DNA of 64,000 nt from Cyanocohniella sp. LLY (GTDB lineage Bacteria; Cyanobacteriota; Cyanobacteriia; Cyanobacteriales; Nostocaceae). Position 1 is the stretch's first letter. Each line of letters begins with the position of its first letter. A program made the translations under genes and the position numbers. Under the pieces are notes generated by a model, which saw only the letters and a list, made by a program, of their open reading frames with translations, was not told the origin of the DNA and did not search any database. Shown here piece by piece: positions 1 through 8,947 of this stretch. The DNA is taken from NCBI GenBank assembly GCA_022241785.1, contig JAKOMP010000016.1:2040-66039 (forward strand), given 5' to 3'.

Positions 1-279
1 ATCATCGACACGTTGAACAAAGTTGCGTTGTACTAATCTTTCTGTAGTTGCTGAAGCTGTCGCACAGGTGACACCCAGATGTTCTGCTAAATCAGATAAC
101 GAAGCATCTGGATTGCGATTGAGAAATGCCAGCGATCGCAACTGTGGTACTGATAAGGAAGCAGCACTATGAACCCGCATATCTGCGCGAATAAACCGCA
201 TCATTAAGGGAACTGTCTCCATAACTCTAGCGGCACATTCTTCAGCAGTTTTAGGTTGCGTAGATTTACTTTTTTTCAT
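1..279 (-). CDS. MarR-family transcriptional regulator (3' end runs off window)
   Basis: Manual translation MKKSKSTQPKTAEECAARVMETVPLMMRFIRADMR...SVPQLRSLAFLNRNPDASLSDLAEHLGVTCATASATTERLVQRNFVQR gives a MarR winged-helix pattern; lies downstream of a drug-type ABC pair. Confidence 0.85.
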   Translation of the reverse strand, partial: MKKSKSTQPKTAEECAARVMETVPLMMRFIRADMRVHSAASLSVPQLRSLAFLNRNPDASLSDLAEHLGVTCATASATTERLVQRNFVQRVDD

Positions 280-299
280 AATGCTAAACGTTCTCTTAA

Positions 300-1157
300 T
301 TACATTGCTACCCGTGGATAAAGTTTTCCACAAATTAGGGTTAAGCCTATCAATGTTAACAAGAGAATCATACAGTCCCAACCATAGCCATAAACACTAG
401 TGCCGTTGGCTAACATTGTTCCCCGTAATGCGTCCACTTCGTAAGTCAAAGGATTGATGTGAGATAAAAACTTTAACCAGTTTGGCATTAAGGTAATGGG
501 ATAGATGGCATTACTAGCAAAAAATAACGGCATAGTTAACAATTGTCCAATTCCTGTCATCCGTTCTCTGGTTTTCACCAAACAACCAATAATTAAGGAA
601 AAAGTGCAGAAACAACCAGCACCCAGCATCACAACTAGTAAGACTTGCAAAAAAGCTAAAGGATGCAGATTCAGTTGTACACCTAACAAAAATGCCAATC
701 CATAAATAATAAATACCTGTGATAAACACCTGATCCCACAAGCCAAAGACTTACCCAATACCATCGATATTCTGGGTGTCGGACTAGCCAGAAATTTATG
801 TACAACACCTAAATCTCGCTCCCAAATTAGTGTCATCCCACCTGTAAAAATGGCGACAAACAAAACACTCTGTGCCAGAATACCAGCCGCCATAAAGTCT
901 AAATAAGGTAAATCCCCTGTAGGAATTGCTCGCAGACGAGAGAAGACTTGACCAAAAATTAATAGCCATAACGCAGGTTGTACTGCGCGAATGATTAAAT
1001 CAGTGGGATCGTGCCGAAGTTTCCGCACTTCCATTTCGGCAATTACAAGAGTTTTTGTGAATATCTGATTTAATGCAGAGATGACATTATTAGTCCGGCG
1101 ATGAGGTTTTGTTCTAACCCAACCGTTGAGATGTACGTCTGGTTCTTGCTGTGTCAC
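300..1157 (-). CDS. ABC-2 type exporter permease (DrrB-like)
   Basis: Multiple TM helices, ERDxG..FLASP, PLFFASNAIYP, NPLTYEVDALR. Confidence 0.9.
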   Translation of the reverse strand: MTQQEPDVHLNGWVRTKPHRRTNNVISALNQIFTKTLVIAEMEVRKLRHDPTDLIIRAVQPALWLLIFGQVFSRLRAIPTGDLPYLDFMAAGILAQSVLFVAIFTGGMTLIWERDLGVVHKFLASPTPRISMVLGKSLACGIRCLSQVFIIYGLAFLLGVQLNLHPLAFLQVLLVVMLGAGCFCTFSLIIGCLVKTRERMTGIGQLLTMPLFFASNAIYPITLMPNWLKFLSHINPLTYEVDALRGTMLANGTSVYGYGWDCMILLLTLIGLTLICGKLYPRVAM

Positions 1158-1989
1158 GGTAGTTGACTCCTCCTGATTTTAATTGATCGCCTGTATGGTG
1201 AATAAAGACATCATCCAAGGTGGCATTAGGTTTATCCAAAGCGGCTTTCAAGTCACTGGGTACGCCTGTTGTCACAACTTGGCCTTGCTGCATAATCACG
1301 ACTCGATTACATAAACTGTCGGCTTCTTCTAAAAAGTGAGTAGTTAAAAAGATGGTTGTACCGTAATCTTCCCGCAGTTGTTGTACGAGTTCCCATACTT
1401 GATTACGGGCAATGGGATCTAATCCCACAGTCGGCTCATCGAGGAATAAAATTCGGGGTTGGTGCATGATTGATTGGGCAATTTCTAGCTTGCGAATCAT
1501 ACCACCAGAATAGTTACGTACTAAGCGGTGAGCTGCATCTTGCAAACCCATGAAACTGAGAACATCGTGAATACGCCTTTGTCGGCGGCTACGGGGAATG
1601 TCATATAGCTTGGCAAAGATTAACAGATTTTCGTAACCTGTCAGACTCCCATCAGCAGATAAAGCTTGGGGTACATAGCCTAATAATCTTCTCACATCAG
1701 CAGCCTGATGTGTTACGTCGTAGCCTGCTATGGTTGCTTTCCCGGCGCTGACGGGTAACAGGGTAGTTAACATCTTGATAACTGTGCTTTTACCCGCACC
1801 ATTGGGGCCGAGTAAGCCAAAGATTTCGCCATCTTCTACAGTGATGCTTAAATTATCTACTGCAACTGCTTTGTCAAAATAACGTGTCAGTCCTTGAGTT
1901 GCCAAAATCACTGCTGGAGAATCATGAGGTAGTGATTTTGATATGTCTGTGTTTCCCGTAAATATAGTCACGAGTTTTTCGCAATTCAA
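1114..1989 (-). CDS. ABC exporter ATP-binding protein (DrrA-like)
   Basis: Walker A GPNGAGKST, signature YSGGM, Walker B LFLDEPT, TTH switch; start codon uncertain. Confidence 0.92.
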   Translation of the reverse strand: MNCEKLVTIFTGNTDISKSLPHDSPAVILATQGLTRYFDKAVAVDNLSITVEDGEIFGLLGPNGAGKSTVIKMLTTLLPVSAGKATIAGYDVTHQAADVRRLLGYVPQALSADGSLTGYENLLIFAKLYDIPRSRRQRRIHDVLSFMGLQDAAHRLVRNYSGGMIRKLEIAQSIMHQPRILFLDEPTVGLDPIARNQVWELVQQLREDYGTTIFLTTHFLEEADSLCNRVVIMQQGQVVTTGVPSDLKAALDKPNATLDDVFIHHTGDQLKSGGVNYRDTARTRRTSQRLG

Positions 1990-2056
1990 TATTTAGTTTA
2001 TCTAAATATTAGTTTCTCACAATTTATCGGGAAGTCAAGAGTCTATGTACGAATTA

Positions 2057-3319
2057 TTGACACACTCCCCAGCCTGAAGGCATGGGGATTCTAGGCTCAA
2101 ACAGTAATTGCAGGCAAAGCCCGACTTACATCACCTAACCTAATGGTCGATGCCCCAACCATTTGAATATTACGTGCGGCGTTTTCATCCCTGCCATTAA
2201 TTGATTGACAGGATGGACAATGCCATTGTCTAACCAACAAATCAAGGCTTTCTAAAACATAGCCACAGTGGGAACAGGTCTTAGTGCTGGGATACCATTG
2301 GTCGATGAACACAACCAATTTATTCTTCTTTTTAGCAACCCATGCGAGGATTTGTATAAACTCACCAAAAGCCAAGTCTGATATCTTGCGTCCCCAAAGA
2401 CGTTGCATTCCCCTAAGATTTAAAGTCTCAAAACATAGAACATCGAACTTATCAGTTAATTCATGTGCCAACTTCCAAAACCAGTCGCGTCTACGATGAG
2501 AAATATCCTCATGCTTGCGGACTAAATTCTTTCTAGCACGTTCTCTGTTAGATGAACCTTTTGACTTTTTGGAATGCTGTGAACTCGCCTTTTTAATAGC
2601 GTTAAGAGATTGCTGGAAAAATTGGGGAGACTCAATTGTTGTACCGTCAGAGCAGGTGAGGAATGTTCGCAAACCAAAGTCAAAACCAGCGATTTTACCC
2701 GTCTTCACTTCAACTTCCGGTTGACTACTTTCGTCAACAACCACAACCATAAACAATTCACCCAATGGTGTGCGTTTAATAGTTAGGGTCTTGACTGTTC
2801 CCTCGATCTCTCTCGACTGCCAAAATTGATAAATCTTGTTGCCAATTTTTACTCTATTACCACCCAAAAACTTATAACCTGCTTGTTTTAGGGTGAATGA
2901 TTTATATTTTTTAACTTTCTTGAATCCTGGTGGACGTACTCCTTTGTTATTGTGCTTAAAAAATAATTGGTAGGCTTTCTCAATGCGTTGACAGATATCT
3001 TGCACTGCTTGAGAACCTACTGATTGCCAAAATGAATTACGCTTTCTCAACTTGGCAATGTGAGACTGAAGTTTTGCACAACTTAAATGCTTGCCCCACA
3101 TCCGATAGTAGCGTTTGTGTAGGGCAATGCAATGATTATAAATTACCCCGGCAGCATTGATTATACGCTTGAGGCATCTATTTTTTTTGTGTTGATATAG
3201 CTTAAACTTCAGTGTTTTCATATTAGTATTTTACCAAAAATATGAAACTAAAAACTCAAATTATTTTTAAATTAAGCAAAGTCGCTCTTCAAGGGCGAGG
3301 CTTTAAACCCATGTTTTTG
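2057..3319 (-). mobile_element. IS200/IS605-family TnpB-only (IS1341/IS891-like) element
   Basis: Minus strand: TTAC then CAAAAACATGGGTTTAAAGCCTCGCCCTTGAAGAGCGACTT (left-end hairpin); after tnpB, GAATCCCCATGCCTTCAGGCTGGGGAGTGTGTCAA (right-end hairpin ending TCAA); no tnpA. Confidence 0.85.
2097..3221 (-). CDS. tnpB: RNA-guided endonuclease TnpB
   Basis: RuvC residues GFDFG / CFETL / RDENAA intact; zinc finger CSHC...CPSC. Confidence 0.95.
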   Translation of the reverse strand: MKTLKFKLYQHKKNRCLKRIINAAGVIYNHCIALHKRYYRMWGKHLSCAKLQSHIAKLRKRNSFWQSVGSQAVQDICQRIEKAYQLFFKHNNKGVRPPGFKKVKKYKSFTLKQAGYKFLGGNRVKIGNKIYQFWQSREIEGTVKTLTIKRTPLGELFMVVVVDESSQPEVEVKTGKIAGFDFGLRTFLTCSDGTTIESPQFFQQSLNAIKKASSQHSKKSKGSSNRERARKNLVRKHEDISHRRRDWFWKLAHELTDKFDVLCFETLNLRGMQRLWGRKISDLAFGEFIQILAWVAKKKNKLVVFIDQWYPSTKTCSHCGYVLESLDLLVRQWHCPSCQSINGRDENAARNIQMVGASTIRLGDVSRALPAITV

Positions 3320-3687
3320 GTAAACTCTGCTATTTCTAGACGATTTCCCCCAGGATCACGAATAAAAAAGCGGTTGACGAAGGGTATGGGCTGACCATTG
3401 ATAATTTCTACTCCATGATTTTGCAGATGTTGTGCAAAAGCTGGTAAGTTGTTAACTTGAAAACAAATATGTCGTCTTGATGTTGCGTTATTTACTGAGT
3501 TTTCTGTGCTGACATGAATTTGAATATTTCCCAGTACATACCATGCGCCCTCATTAGCTTGCAGAGCCTCTGGTTTAGTAATTTCTTTTAGTCCTAGAAC
3601 TTGACTATAAAAAAACAGCATAGAATCTTTAGCTTCAGTAGATGATGTCACCTGAATATGATCAATTGCATTCAGCCACATTGTCAT
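3289..3687 (-). CDS. VOC/glyoxalase-family protein; last codons derive from the IS left end
   Basis: IDHIQV, HICFQV, FFIRDPGGNRLEI; ATG 3687 preceded by GGAG. Confidence 0.85.
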   Translation of the reverse strand: MTMWLNAIDHIQVTSSTEAKDSMLFFYSQVLGLKEITKPEALQANEGAWYVLGNIQIHVSTENSVNNATSRRHICFQVNNLPAFAQHLQNHGVEIINGQPIPFVNRFFIRDPGGNRLEIAEFTKNMGLKPRP

Positions 3688-3711
3688 GTTCTCCAAATTA
3701 CTTTTTGACTC

Positions 3712-3784
3712 ATACCATTTCCCGATAAATCTGATACAGATGTAAACCCTGAAAGCTGTGCTGCATCTAAGTTTTTTAATTGCG
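3712..3784. repeat. ~73-bp dispersed repeat (MITE-like); inverted copy at 58393-58465
   Basis: Reverse complement CGCAATTAAAAAACTTAGATGCAGCACAGCTTTCAGGGTTTACATCTGTATCAG...GAAATGGTAT aligns with CGCAATTTAAAAACTTAGATGTAGTAAAGTTTTCAATGGTTACATCCATATC...GAAATGGTAT. Confidence 0.7.
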
Positions 3785-3836
3785 TAAAGCCCTAGTGGGC
3801 ATGGCTGCGCTTAACACGCAGTGTGCCGGAGGCTCT

Positions 3837-3867
3837 ATTGCGTACAGCCTGGCGGCATCCGGAGGCT
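3837..3867. repeat. Small dispersed repeat (SDR-like); inverted copy at 53541-53571, partial copies near 34023 and 39158
   Basis: ATTGCGTACAGCCTGGCGGCATCCGGAGGCT matches the reverse complement of 53541-53571 at 30/31 positions. Confidence 0.8.
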
Positions 3868-3948
3868 AAGAGTACGAATTAGTATCAGTAGTTATTACTG
3901 AGATTGTAATTGCAGTGTTTGAGACATTATGCAATACTATTTCTAATC

Positions 3949-3974
3949 TACGATAAATCGATAAAGTTTAAGAA
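3949..3974. promoter_or_regulatory. 26-bp palindromic operator (variant) upstream of mrp
   Basis: TACGATAAATCGATAAAGTTTAAGAA; right end GAA instead of GTA. Confidence 0.55.
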
Positions 3975-4073
3975 CATTATTGTTGTCTTCAATTGGCTAG
4001 AAGATGTTGACCTTAAGGAAAGGATGCTTAAACAATGACAGATTCATCGCACTCTCTGTAATAATTTTTACTA

Positions 4074-5144
4074 ATGTCCAGACATCAATCACCCTTCCAA
4101 AAACCAGAGGAAGAAGTACAATCCGCTTCTCCCGATTCTCTTACCATGGTTCGTAAACAAGAAGTTGTGCAACTCCTCAAGAAAATTAACGATTCCATCC
4201 TCAAAAATGACATCGTTAGTCTGGGAATGGTGCGAAATTTGCGAATAGTTGATGACTATATATATTTGCGTTTATATATCGGTTCCCATCAACATCAATT
4301 AGAAGCCGAGATTCAAACTGTATTATCATCTCTGACTTGGAGCAAAAAAACTTACATTCAACTCTGTACCATTCCTCAAGTAAGAACCACTCTAGCCGTT
4401 TCCAGTGGTAAGGGTGGTGTGGGTAAATCTACCACGGCGGTTAATTTAGCAGCTGCTTTGCAATTAGCCGGGGCAAAAGTCGGTCTGTTGGATGCTGATG
4501 TTTACGGCCCCAATGTCCCGCAAATGCTGGGGCTGGGTAAATCTGAGGTGAAAGTTATCGATACTCCCAATGGCCAAAGGTTTGTACCATTAGAAGCTTA
4601 CGGGATTAAAGTGATGTCTGTGGGACTGTTAGCAGAAGCAGACCATCCTTTAGCTTGGCGTGGCCCGGTTTTACACAAAATTATTATCCAATTTATCCAT
4701 GAAGTAGAGTGGGGAGAATTGGATTATTTATTAATTGACCTTCCTCCTGGTACTGGTGATGCTCAAATTACGATTGTGCAAGAAAGCCCTATTTGTGGGG
4801 TAATCTTGGTCACAACTCCCCAAAATGTCGCTGTTTCGGATGTCCGCCGCAGTATTTATATGTTTCGTCAAGTTGGGGTTCCTGTGGTCGGTATTATCGA
4901 AAATATGAGCTATTTTCTAGGAAGTGGTGGCGAAAAAATTCCGATTTTTGGCAGTGGTGGAGGTCAAAGGTTGGTAGAAGAACTCAAAGCACCGCTTTTA
5001 GGACAGATTCCTATTGATCCCCTCATCTGTAATGGTGGGGATGTTGGAGAACCGCTAACACTTGCTGACCCTGATTCCACAGCTAGTCAAGTATTTGTAC
5101 GAATTGCTGAGGCGTTAAATGCTACTTTTGCTGGTTCTGTTTGA
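4074..5144 (+). CDS. mrp: Mrp/NBP35 family P-loop ATPase (Fe-S cluster carrier)
   Basis: SGKGGVGKST, DADVYGPN, WRGP, DLPPGTGD, IENMSYF; N-terminal DIVSLGMVRN domain. Confidence 0.92.
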   Translation: MSRHQSPFQKPEEEVQSASPDSLTMVRKQEVVQLLKKINDSILKNDIVSLGMVRNLRIVDDYIYLRLYIGSHQHQLEAEIQTVLSSLTWSKKTYIQLCTIPQVRTTLAVSSGKGGVGKSTTAVNLAAALQLAGAKVGLLDADVYGPNVPQMLGLGKSEVKVIDTPNGQRFVPLEAYGIKVMSVGLLAEADHPLAWRGPVLHKIIIQFIHEVEWGELDYLLIDLPPGTGDAQITIVQESPICGVILVTTPQNVAVSDVRRSIYMFRQVGVPVVGIIENMSYFLGSGGEKIPIFGSGGGQRLVEELKAPLLGQIPIDPLICNGGDVGEPLTLADPDSTASQVFVRIAEALNATFAGSV

Positions 5145-5193
5145 GTAATTTTCGGCGTTGCTATTAAATAGGAATTAGTTTCACGCAGAGTCG

Positions 5194-5236
5194 AGCCAGT
5201 GCGTTGGGCGGCTCCGCCGACTTGTAGCAACTGGCG
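5194..5236 (+). repeat. 43-bp dispersed repeat; second copy at 48438-48480
   Basis: AGCCAGTGCGTTGGGCGGCTCCGCCGACTTGTAGCAACTGGCG vs AGCCAGTGCGTTGGGCGGGTTCCCCGACTTGTAGCAACTGGCG; terminal GCCAGT/ACTGGC arms. Confidence 0.85.
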
Positions 5237-5286
5237 TGCAGAGAGTAAGAGTTTGAGAAACGCCTCAGCACAATTTATTTATAAAA

Positions 5287-5312
5287 TACGGTAATTCGAC
5301 TGATTTATAGTA
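5287..5312. promoter_or_regulatory. 26-bp palindromic operator upstream of SDR gene
   Basis: TACGGTAATTCGACTGATTTATAGTA, abutting a TAAAAT -10-like hexamer. Confidence 0.8.
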
Positions 5313-5342
5313 GATTAAATGAAGGACGCATAGGAGTAAGTT

Positions 5343-6092
5343 ATGGCAGAGAAATTAGATGGTAAAGTAGCTATTATTACTGGAGCTTCTGCGGGGATTG
5401 GTGAAGCTACGGCTATAGCCTTAGCAGTAGAAGGGGCAAAGGTGGTAATTGCAGCTAGAAGAGGCGATCGCCTGGAAGCATTAGCCCAAAAAATTGCTAC
5501 AAATGGTGGACAAGCATTACCTATAGTTACTGATATCACCGACGAAACCCAAGCCAACAACCTCATCCATAAAGCCAACGCAGAGTTCGGGCGAGTTGAT
5601 ATTTTAGTCAATAACGCAGGTATAGCCCTGACAGGGAATATTGATGGCGGTAACACCTCAGATTGGCGACGGATGTTTGATGTCAACGTCTTCGGATTGC
5701 TTTATGCTACCCATGCAGTCTTACCAATTTTTAAAGCCCAAGGTGTCGGACATATCGTTAATATTTCATCAGTCGCAGGTCGTTTAGCCCGTGCAGGTGT
5801 GGGGATATACAATGCCACTAAATGGGGTGTGAATGCTATTTCCGAATCTTTACGGCAAGAAGTATTAAAAGATAACATCCGCGTTACCATTATCGAACCT
5901 GGTTTAGTCGATACAGAAATCAACAATCATATTACCGACCCCATATCCAAACAGATTAGTGAAGAACGACGTAAATCAATCAAAGCCTTAGAAAGCGAAG
6001 ATATTGCCAGGGCGATCGCCTATGCTGTAACTCAGCCACCCCACGTTAATGTGAATGAAATTCTCATTCGACCAACTCAGCAAGATAGATAA
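5343..6092 (+). CDS. Short-chain dehydrogenase/reductase (classical)
   Basis: TGASAGIG, NNAG, YNATK catalytic motif. Confidence 0.92.
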   Translation: MAEKLDGKVAIITGASAGIGEATAIALAVEGAKVVIAARRGDRLEALAQKIATNGGQALPIVTDITDETQANNLIHKANAEFGRVDILVNNAGIALTGNIDGGNTSDWRRMFDVNVFGLLYATHAVLPIFKAQGVGHIVNISSVAGRLARAGVGIYNATKWGVNAISESLRQEVLKDNIRVTIIEPGLVDTEINNHITDPISKQISEERRKSIKALESEDIARAIAYAVTQPPHVNVNEILIRPTQQDR

Positions 6093-6152
6093 GGTGAAAG
6101 TATTAATTATCTGGCAATTTTCCGAGGCTGAAAAACTGAATTTACTCAAATT

Positions 6153-6581
6153 ATGGATGAAATATTTATGCTGACTGCTCTAGATCAAAGCAGAAAAGCA
6201 TTACCACAATGTTTGCCCAACCCACCAGTAGGCTGCGTAATCGTAGACAATGAAAAAATAGTGGCGCAAGGATATACACAACCACCAGGAAAACCTCATG
6301 CTGAGGCTAATGCGCTCAACCATATTCAAGGAAAAGCTTTCGACTTCTTGAAAATGTATGTAACTCTTGAACCTGGTTCTTTTTATGGACGTAAACCTGC
6401 GTGTGCTTTAACCATTTCTGAAGATACTCGTATACATGAAATATATGTATCTATACTTGATTCAGATCCTCGCAACAATGGTCAAGGATTAGAAATTATT
6501 AGAAAAGCAGGAAAGACAGTTTATGTAGGGTTATGCGCCAATGAGGTGAACACTTTTCTGAGACAATATTTATTAAGGTGA
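6153..6581 (+). CDS. Stand-alone RibD-like deaminase domain
   Basis: PNPPVGCVIV, HAE, VTLEPGS..G.KPAC (first Zn-ligand Cys replaced by Gly), DPRNNGQG; no reductase domain. Confidence 0.8.
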   Translation: MDEIFMLTALDQSRKALPQCLPNPPVGCVIVDNEKIVAQGYTQPPGKPHAEANALNHIQGKAFDFLKMYVTLEPGSFYGRKPACALTISEDTRIHEIYVSILDSDPRNNGQGLEIIRKAGKTVYVGLCANEVNTFLRQYLLR

Positions 6582-6604
6582 TAAAAAATAATCTAGATAG
6601 AGCA

Positions 6605-6964
6605 ATGAAAGAAAATAGCATAATTACTAATTTTCATGCTCATGTCTACTACGATACTGACATTCGTGAAATTGCTGCCCGTATCCGAGAAGGCTTAGGA
6701 GCTAGATTTGAAGTACAGTTGGGACGCTGGCATGACAACCCTATTGGCCCGCATCCCAAATCCATGTATCAAGTTGCCTTTTCCCCATCTGAATTTACAC
6801 AAGTTGTTCCCTGGTTAATGCTCAACCGTGAGGGGTTAGATATTCTCGTCCACCCAAACACAGGCGATGATGTCACAGATCATACAGCCCACGCCCTCTG
6901 GCTAGGCACCAAGCTAGATTTAAACATCGATTTCCTCCAACGCATCAAACCCAACGCCTCTTAA
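6605..6964 (+). CDS. DOPA 4,5-dioxygenase family protein
   Basis: FHAHVYY, PIGPHP, WLMLNREGLDILVHP, DHT.HALWLG. Confidence 0.88.
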   Translation: MKENSIITNFHAHVYYDTDIREIAARIREGLGARFEVQLGRWHDNPIGPHPKSMYQVAFSPSEFTQVVPWLMLNREGLDILVHPNTGDDVTDHTAHALWLGTKLDLNIDFLQRIKPNAS

Positions 6965-7001
6965 TTACGAATTACAAATTACGAATTACGAATTACGAAT
7001 T
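6963..7001. repeat. Heptamer short tandem repeat (STRR, AATTACG)n between convergent genes
   Basis: aattacg aattaca aattacg aattacg aattacg aatt. Confidence 0.9.
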
Positions 7002-7665
7002 AACGCTTGCGTGCTAAAGTCAGACCATCTGCGATCGCAATCAAACTTAAATCTATGCGATCGTCTTGAGATAGCTTACTATTAAACTCACGAATAGCTA
7101 CAGTAGCCGAATCTTCTACTTCCGGCTGAATCACCCTTCCAGACCACAGCACATTATCAATAGCAATTAAACCACCAGGTCGTACTAACTTTAACGCTGA
7201 TTCGTAATAACTGTAATAGTTTTCCTTATCAGCATCAATAAAAGCAAAATCAAAAGTTTCTGCCTGACCTTGTGATAAAAGATACTGTAAACTTTCTGTT
7301 CCTGGCGCTAGGAGCAAGTCAATTTTATCTGCCACACCTGCTTTCTCCCAATAGCGACGAGCAACCGATGTAAACTCTTCACTGACATCACAGGCAATAA
7401 TCTTACCATCAGGCGGCAGAGCTAAAGCAACACTCAAAGAACTGTAACCAGTAAAAACTCCTACTTCCAATGTTTTCTTTGCATTAATTAACTTGACTAA
7501 AAGCGCCAAAAACTGTCCTTGTTCTGGTGCAACCTGCATATTTGCACGAGAATGATTAGCGGTTTCTTGGCGTAACTGCAAAAGAACTTCTGGTTCACTT
7601 AAAGAGACGGATAACAGGTATTCGTGCAGATTTTGCGTTATATTCAGTGTTTTTCCAGTAGACAT
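7000..7665 (-). CDS. Class I SAM-dependent O-methyltransferase (caffeoyl-CoA OMT-like)
   Basis: LEVGVFTGYS, FDFAFIDADKENY, IDNVLWSG. Confidence 0.92.
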   Translation of the reverse strand: MSTGKTLNITQNLHEYLLSVSLSEPEVLLQLRQETANHSRANMQVAPEQGQFLALLVKLINAKKTLEVGVFTGYSSLSVALALPPDGKIIACDVSEEFTSVARRYWEKAGVADKIDLLLAPGTESLQYLLSQGQAETFDFAFIDADKENYYSYYESALKLVRPGGLIAIDNVLWSGRVIQPEVEDSATVAIREFNSKLSQDDRIDLSLIAIADGLTLARKR

Positions 7666-7720
7666 ACTTTTTTTGGAGCTTGCATTTACAGCTTATTTAT
7701 GTAAATATCCTACTATTAAA

Positions 7721-7746
7721 TACGGTAAATTGCTAGATTTAGTGTA
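7721..7746. promoter_or_regulatory. 26-bp palindromic operator upstream of ssuA-asfA-like operon
   Basis: TACGGTAAATTGCTAGATTTAGTGTA, just after TACTAT. Confidence 0.85.
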
Positions 7747-7778
7747 GTATTAAATCTACCTGTGTTTGCAATGTAAGT

Positions 7779-8837
7779 ATGTTGACCAAGTATTTACCTA
7801 AACGATTGATGAAGATTGTCAGTAGCTTTCTTCAGAATTATGAATTAACCAGAACGGCTGTATTTGCTTTATTCTTTGCCGTCGGATTAAGCTTGACTCT
7901 TGTCATATCTGCGTGTTCTCCCAATAACACAAGCAACTCCGCCGCCACACAAGCAACAAGTCAAGGTGTAGTGATTCGTATCGGCTATCAAAAAGCGGCA
8001 ACTATTCTGAATGCGCTGAAAAACAGAGGTGGTTTAGCACAAACTTTAGAAGCGACTGGTGCGAGAGTCACATGGGCAGAATTTCCCGCAGGCCCACCTA
8101 TGCTAGAAGCTATGAACGCAGGTAGTATTGACTTTGGTTACACAGGTGAATCACCACCAATATTTGCTCAAGTTGCAGGTACTCCCTTGCTTTATGTGGC
8201 GTATGATCCTTGGAGTCCGAAAGCTGAAGCAATTATCGTGCGTAAAGATTCACCAATTCAAACAGTTGCTGACCTCAAGGGGAAAAGAGTAGCCTTTGCT
8301 AGAGGGTCAAATACTAACTATCTTGTGGTCAAAGCTGTAGAAGCTGCCGGATTAAACTATAGTGACATTCAACCAACACATCTCACACCAGCAGATGCCC
8401 GTGCAGCATTTGAAGGCGGTAATGTTGATGCTTGGGCAATTTGGGACCCTTATTTAGCAGCAGTAGAGCATGATACAGAAGTAAGGATTTTAACAGATGC
8501 CACAAATTTAGCACCGAATCGGGGTTACTATCTTGCTCGTCAAGACTTTGTTAAGTCTCACCCAGATTTGTTGAAAACCATTTTAGATGAAGTCGGCAAA
8601 GTAGACGAATGGGCAACAAATAATCCAGCAGAAGTTGCCAAGTTTCTAGAACCAGAATTAGGTATTCCCGCAGCAGCCTTAGAGATTGGGGAAAAACGGC
8701 GGAAGTATGGCGTTTTACCGCTAACAGATGAAATCATCACTCAGCAACAAGAGATTGCTGATACTTTTTACAAAATCAAGCTAGTTCCTAAGCAAATCCA
8801 AGTCAAAGACATCGTTTGGAACGGTAATAAATCCTAG
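7779..8837 (+). CDS. ssuA: Aliphatic sulfonate ABC transporter substrate-binding lipoprotein (SsuA/AsfC-like)
   Basis: Lipobox ISAC, RIGYQK, EFPAGPPMLEA, GESPPIFAQ, DAWAIWDPY. Confidence 0.9.
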   Translation: MLTKYLPKRLMKIVSSFLQNYELTRTAVFALFFAVGLSLTLVISACSPNNTSNSAATQATSQGVVIRIGYQKAATILNALKNRGGLAQTLEATGARVTWAEFPAGPPMLEAMNAGSIDFGYTGESPPIFAQVAGTPLLYVAYDPWSPKAEAIIVRKDSPIQTVADLKGKRVAFARGSNTNYLVVKAVEAAGLNYSDIQPTHLTPADARAAFEGGNVDAWAIWDPYLAAVEHDTEVRILTDATNLAPNRGYYLARQDFVKSHPDLLKTILDEVGKVDEWATNNPAEVAKFLEPELGIPAAALEIGEKRRKYGVLPLTDEIITQQQEIADTFYKIKLVPKQIQVKDIVWNGNKS

Positions 8838-8861
8838 AAATTTCCTCCCCATTCCCTCGGT

Positions 8862-8918
8862 TACTGAGCGACTTGTACTGAGCGACTTGTACTGAGCGAA
8901 GTCGAAGTAAGTCGAAGT
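8862..8918. repeat. Nested tandem repeat (TACTGAGCGACTTG units plus AAGTCGAAGT x2)
   Basis: tactgagcgacttgtactgagcgacttgtactgagcgaagtcgaagtaagtcgaagt. Confidence 0.75.
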
Positions 8919-8947
8919 AACTCCCCACTCCCCATTTGTAAAAGCTT

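Noticed and set aside
4074..5144. Mrp lacking the CxxC motif as a sign of novelty
   Set aside because: As I recall, cyanobacterial Mrp/HCF101-type proteins often lack this motif, so it is not diagnostic.
8862..8918. Tandem repeat as a mini-CRISPR
   Set aside because: No spacers; typical nested cyanobacterial intergenic repeat.
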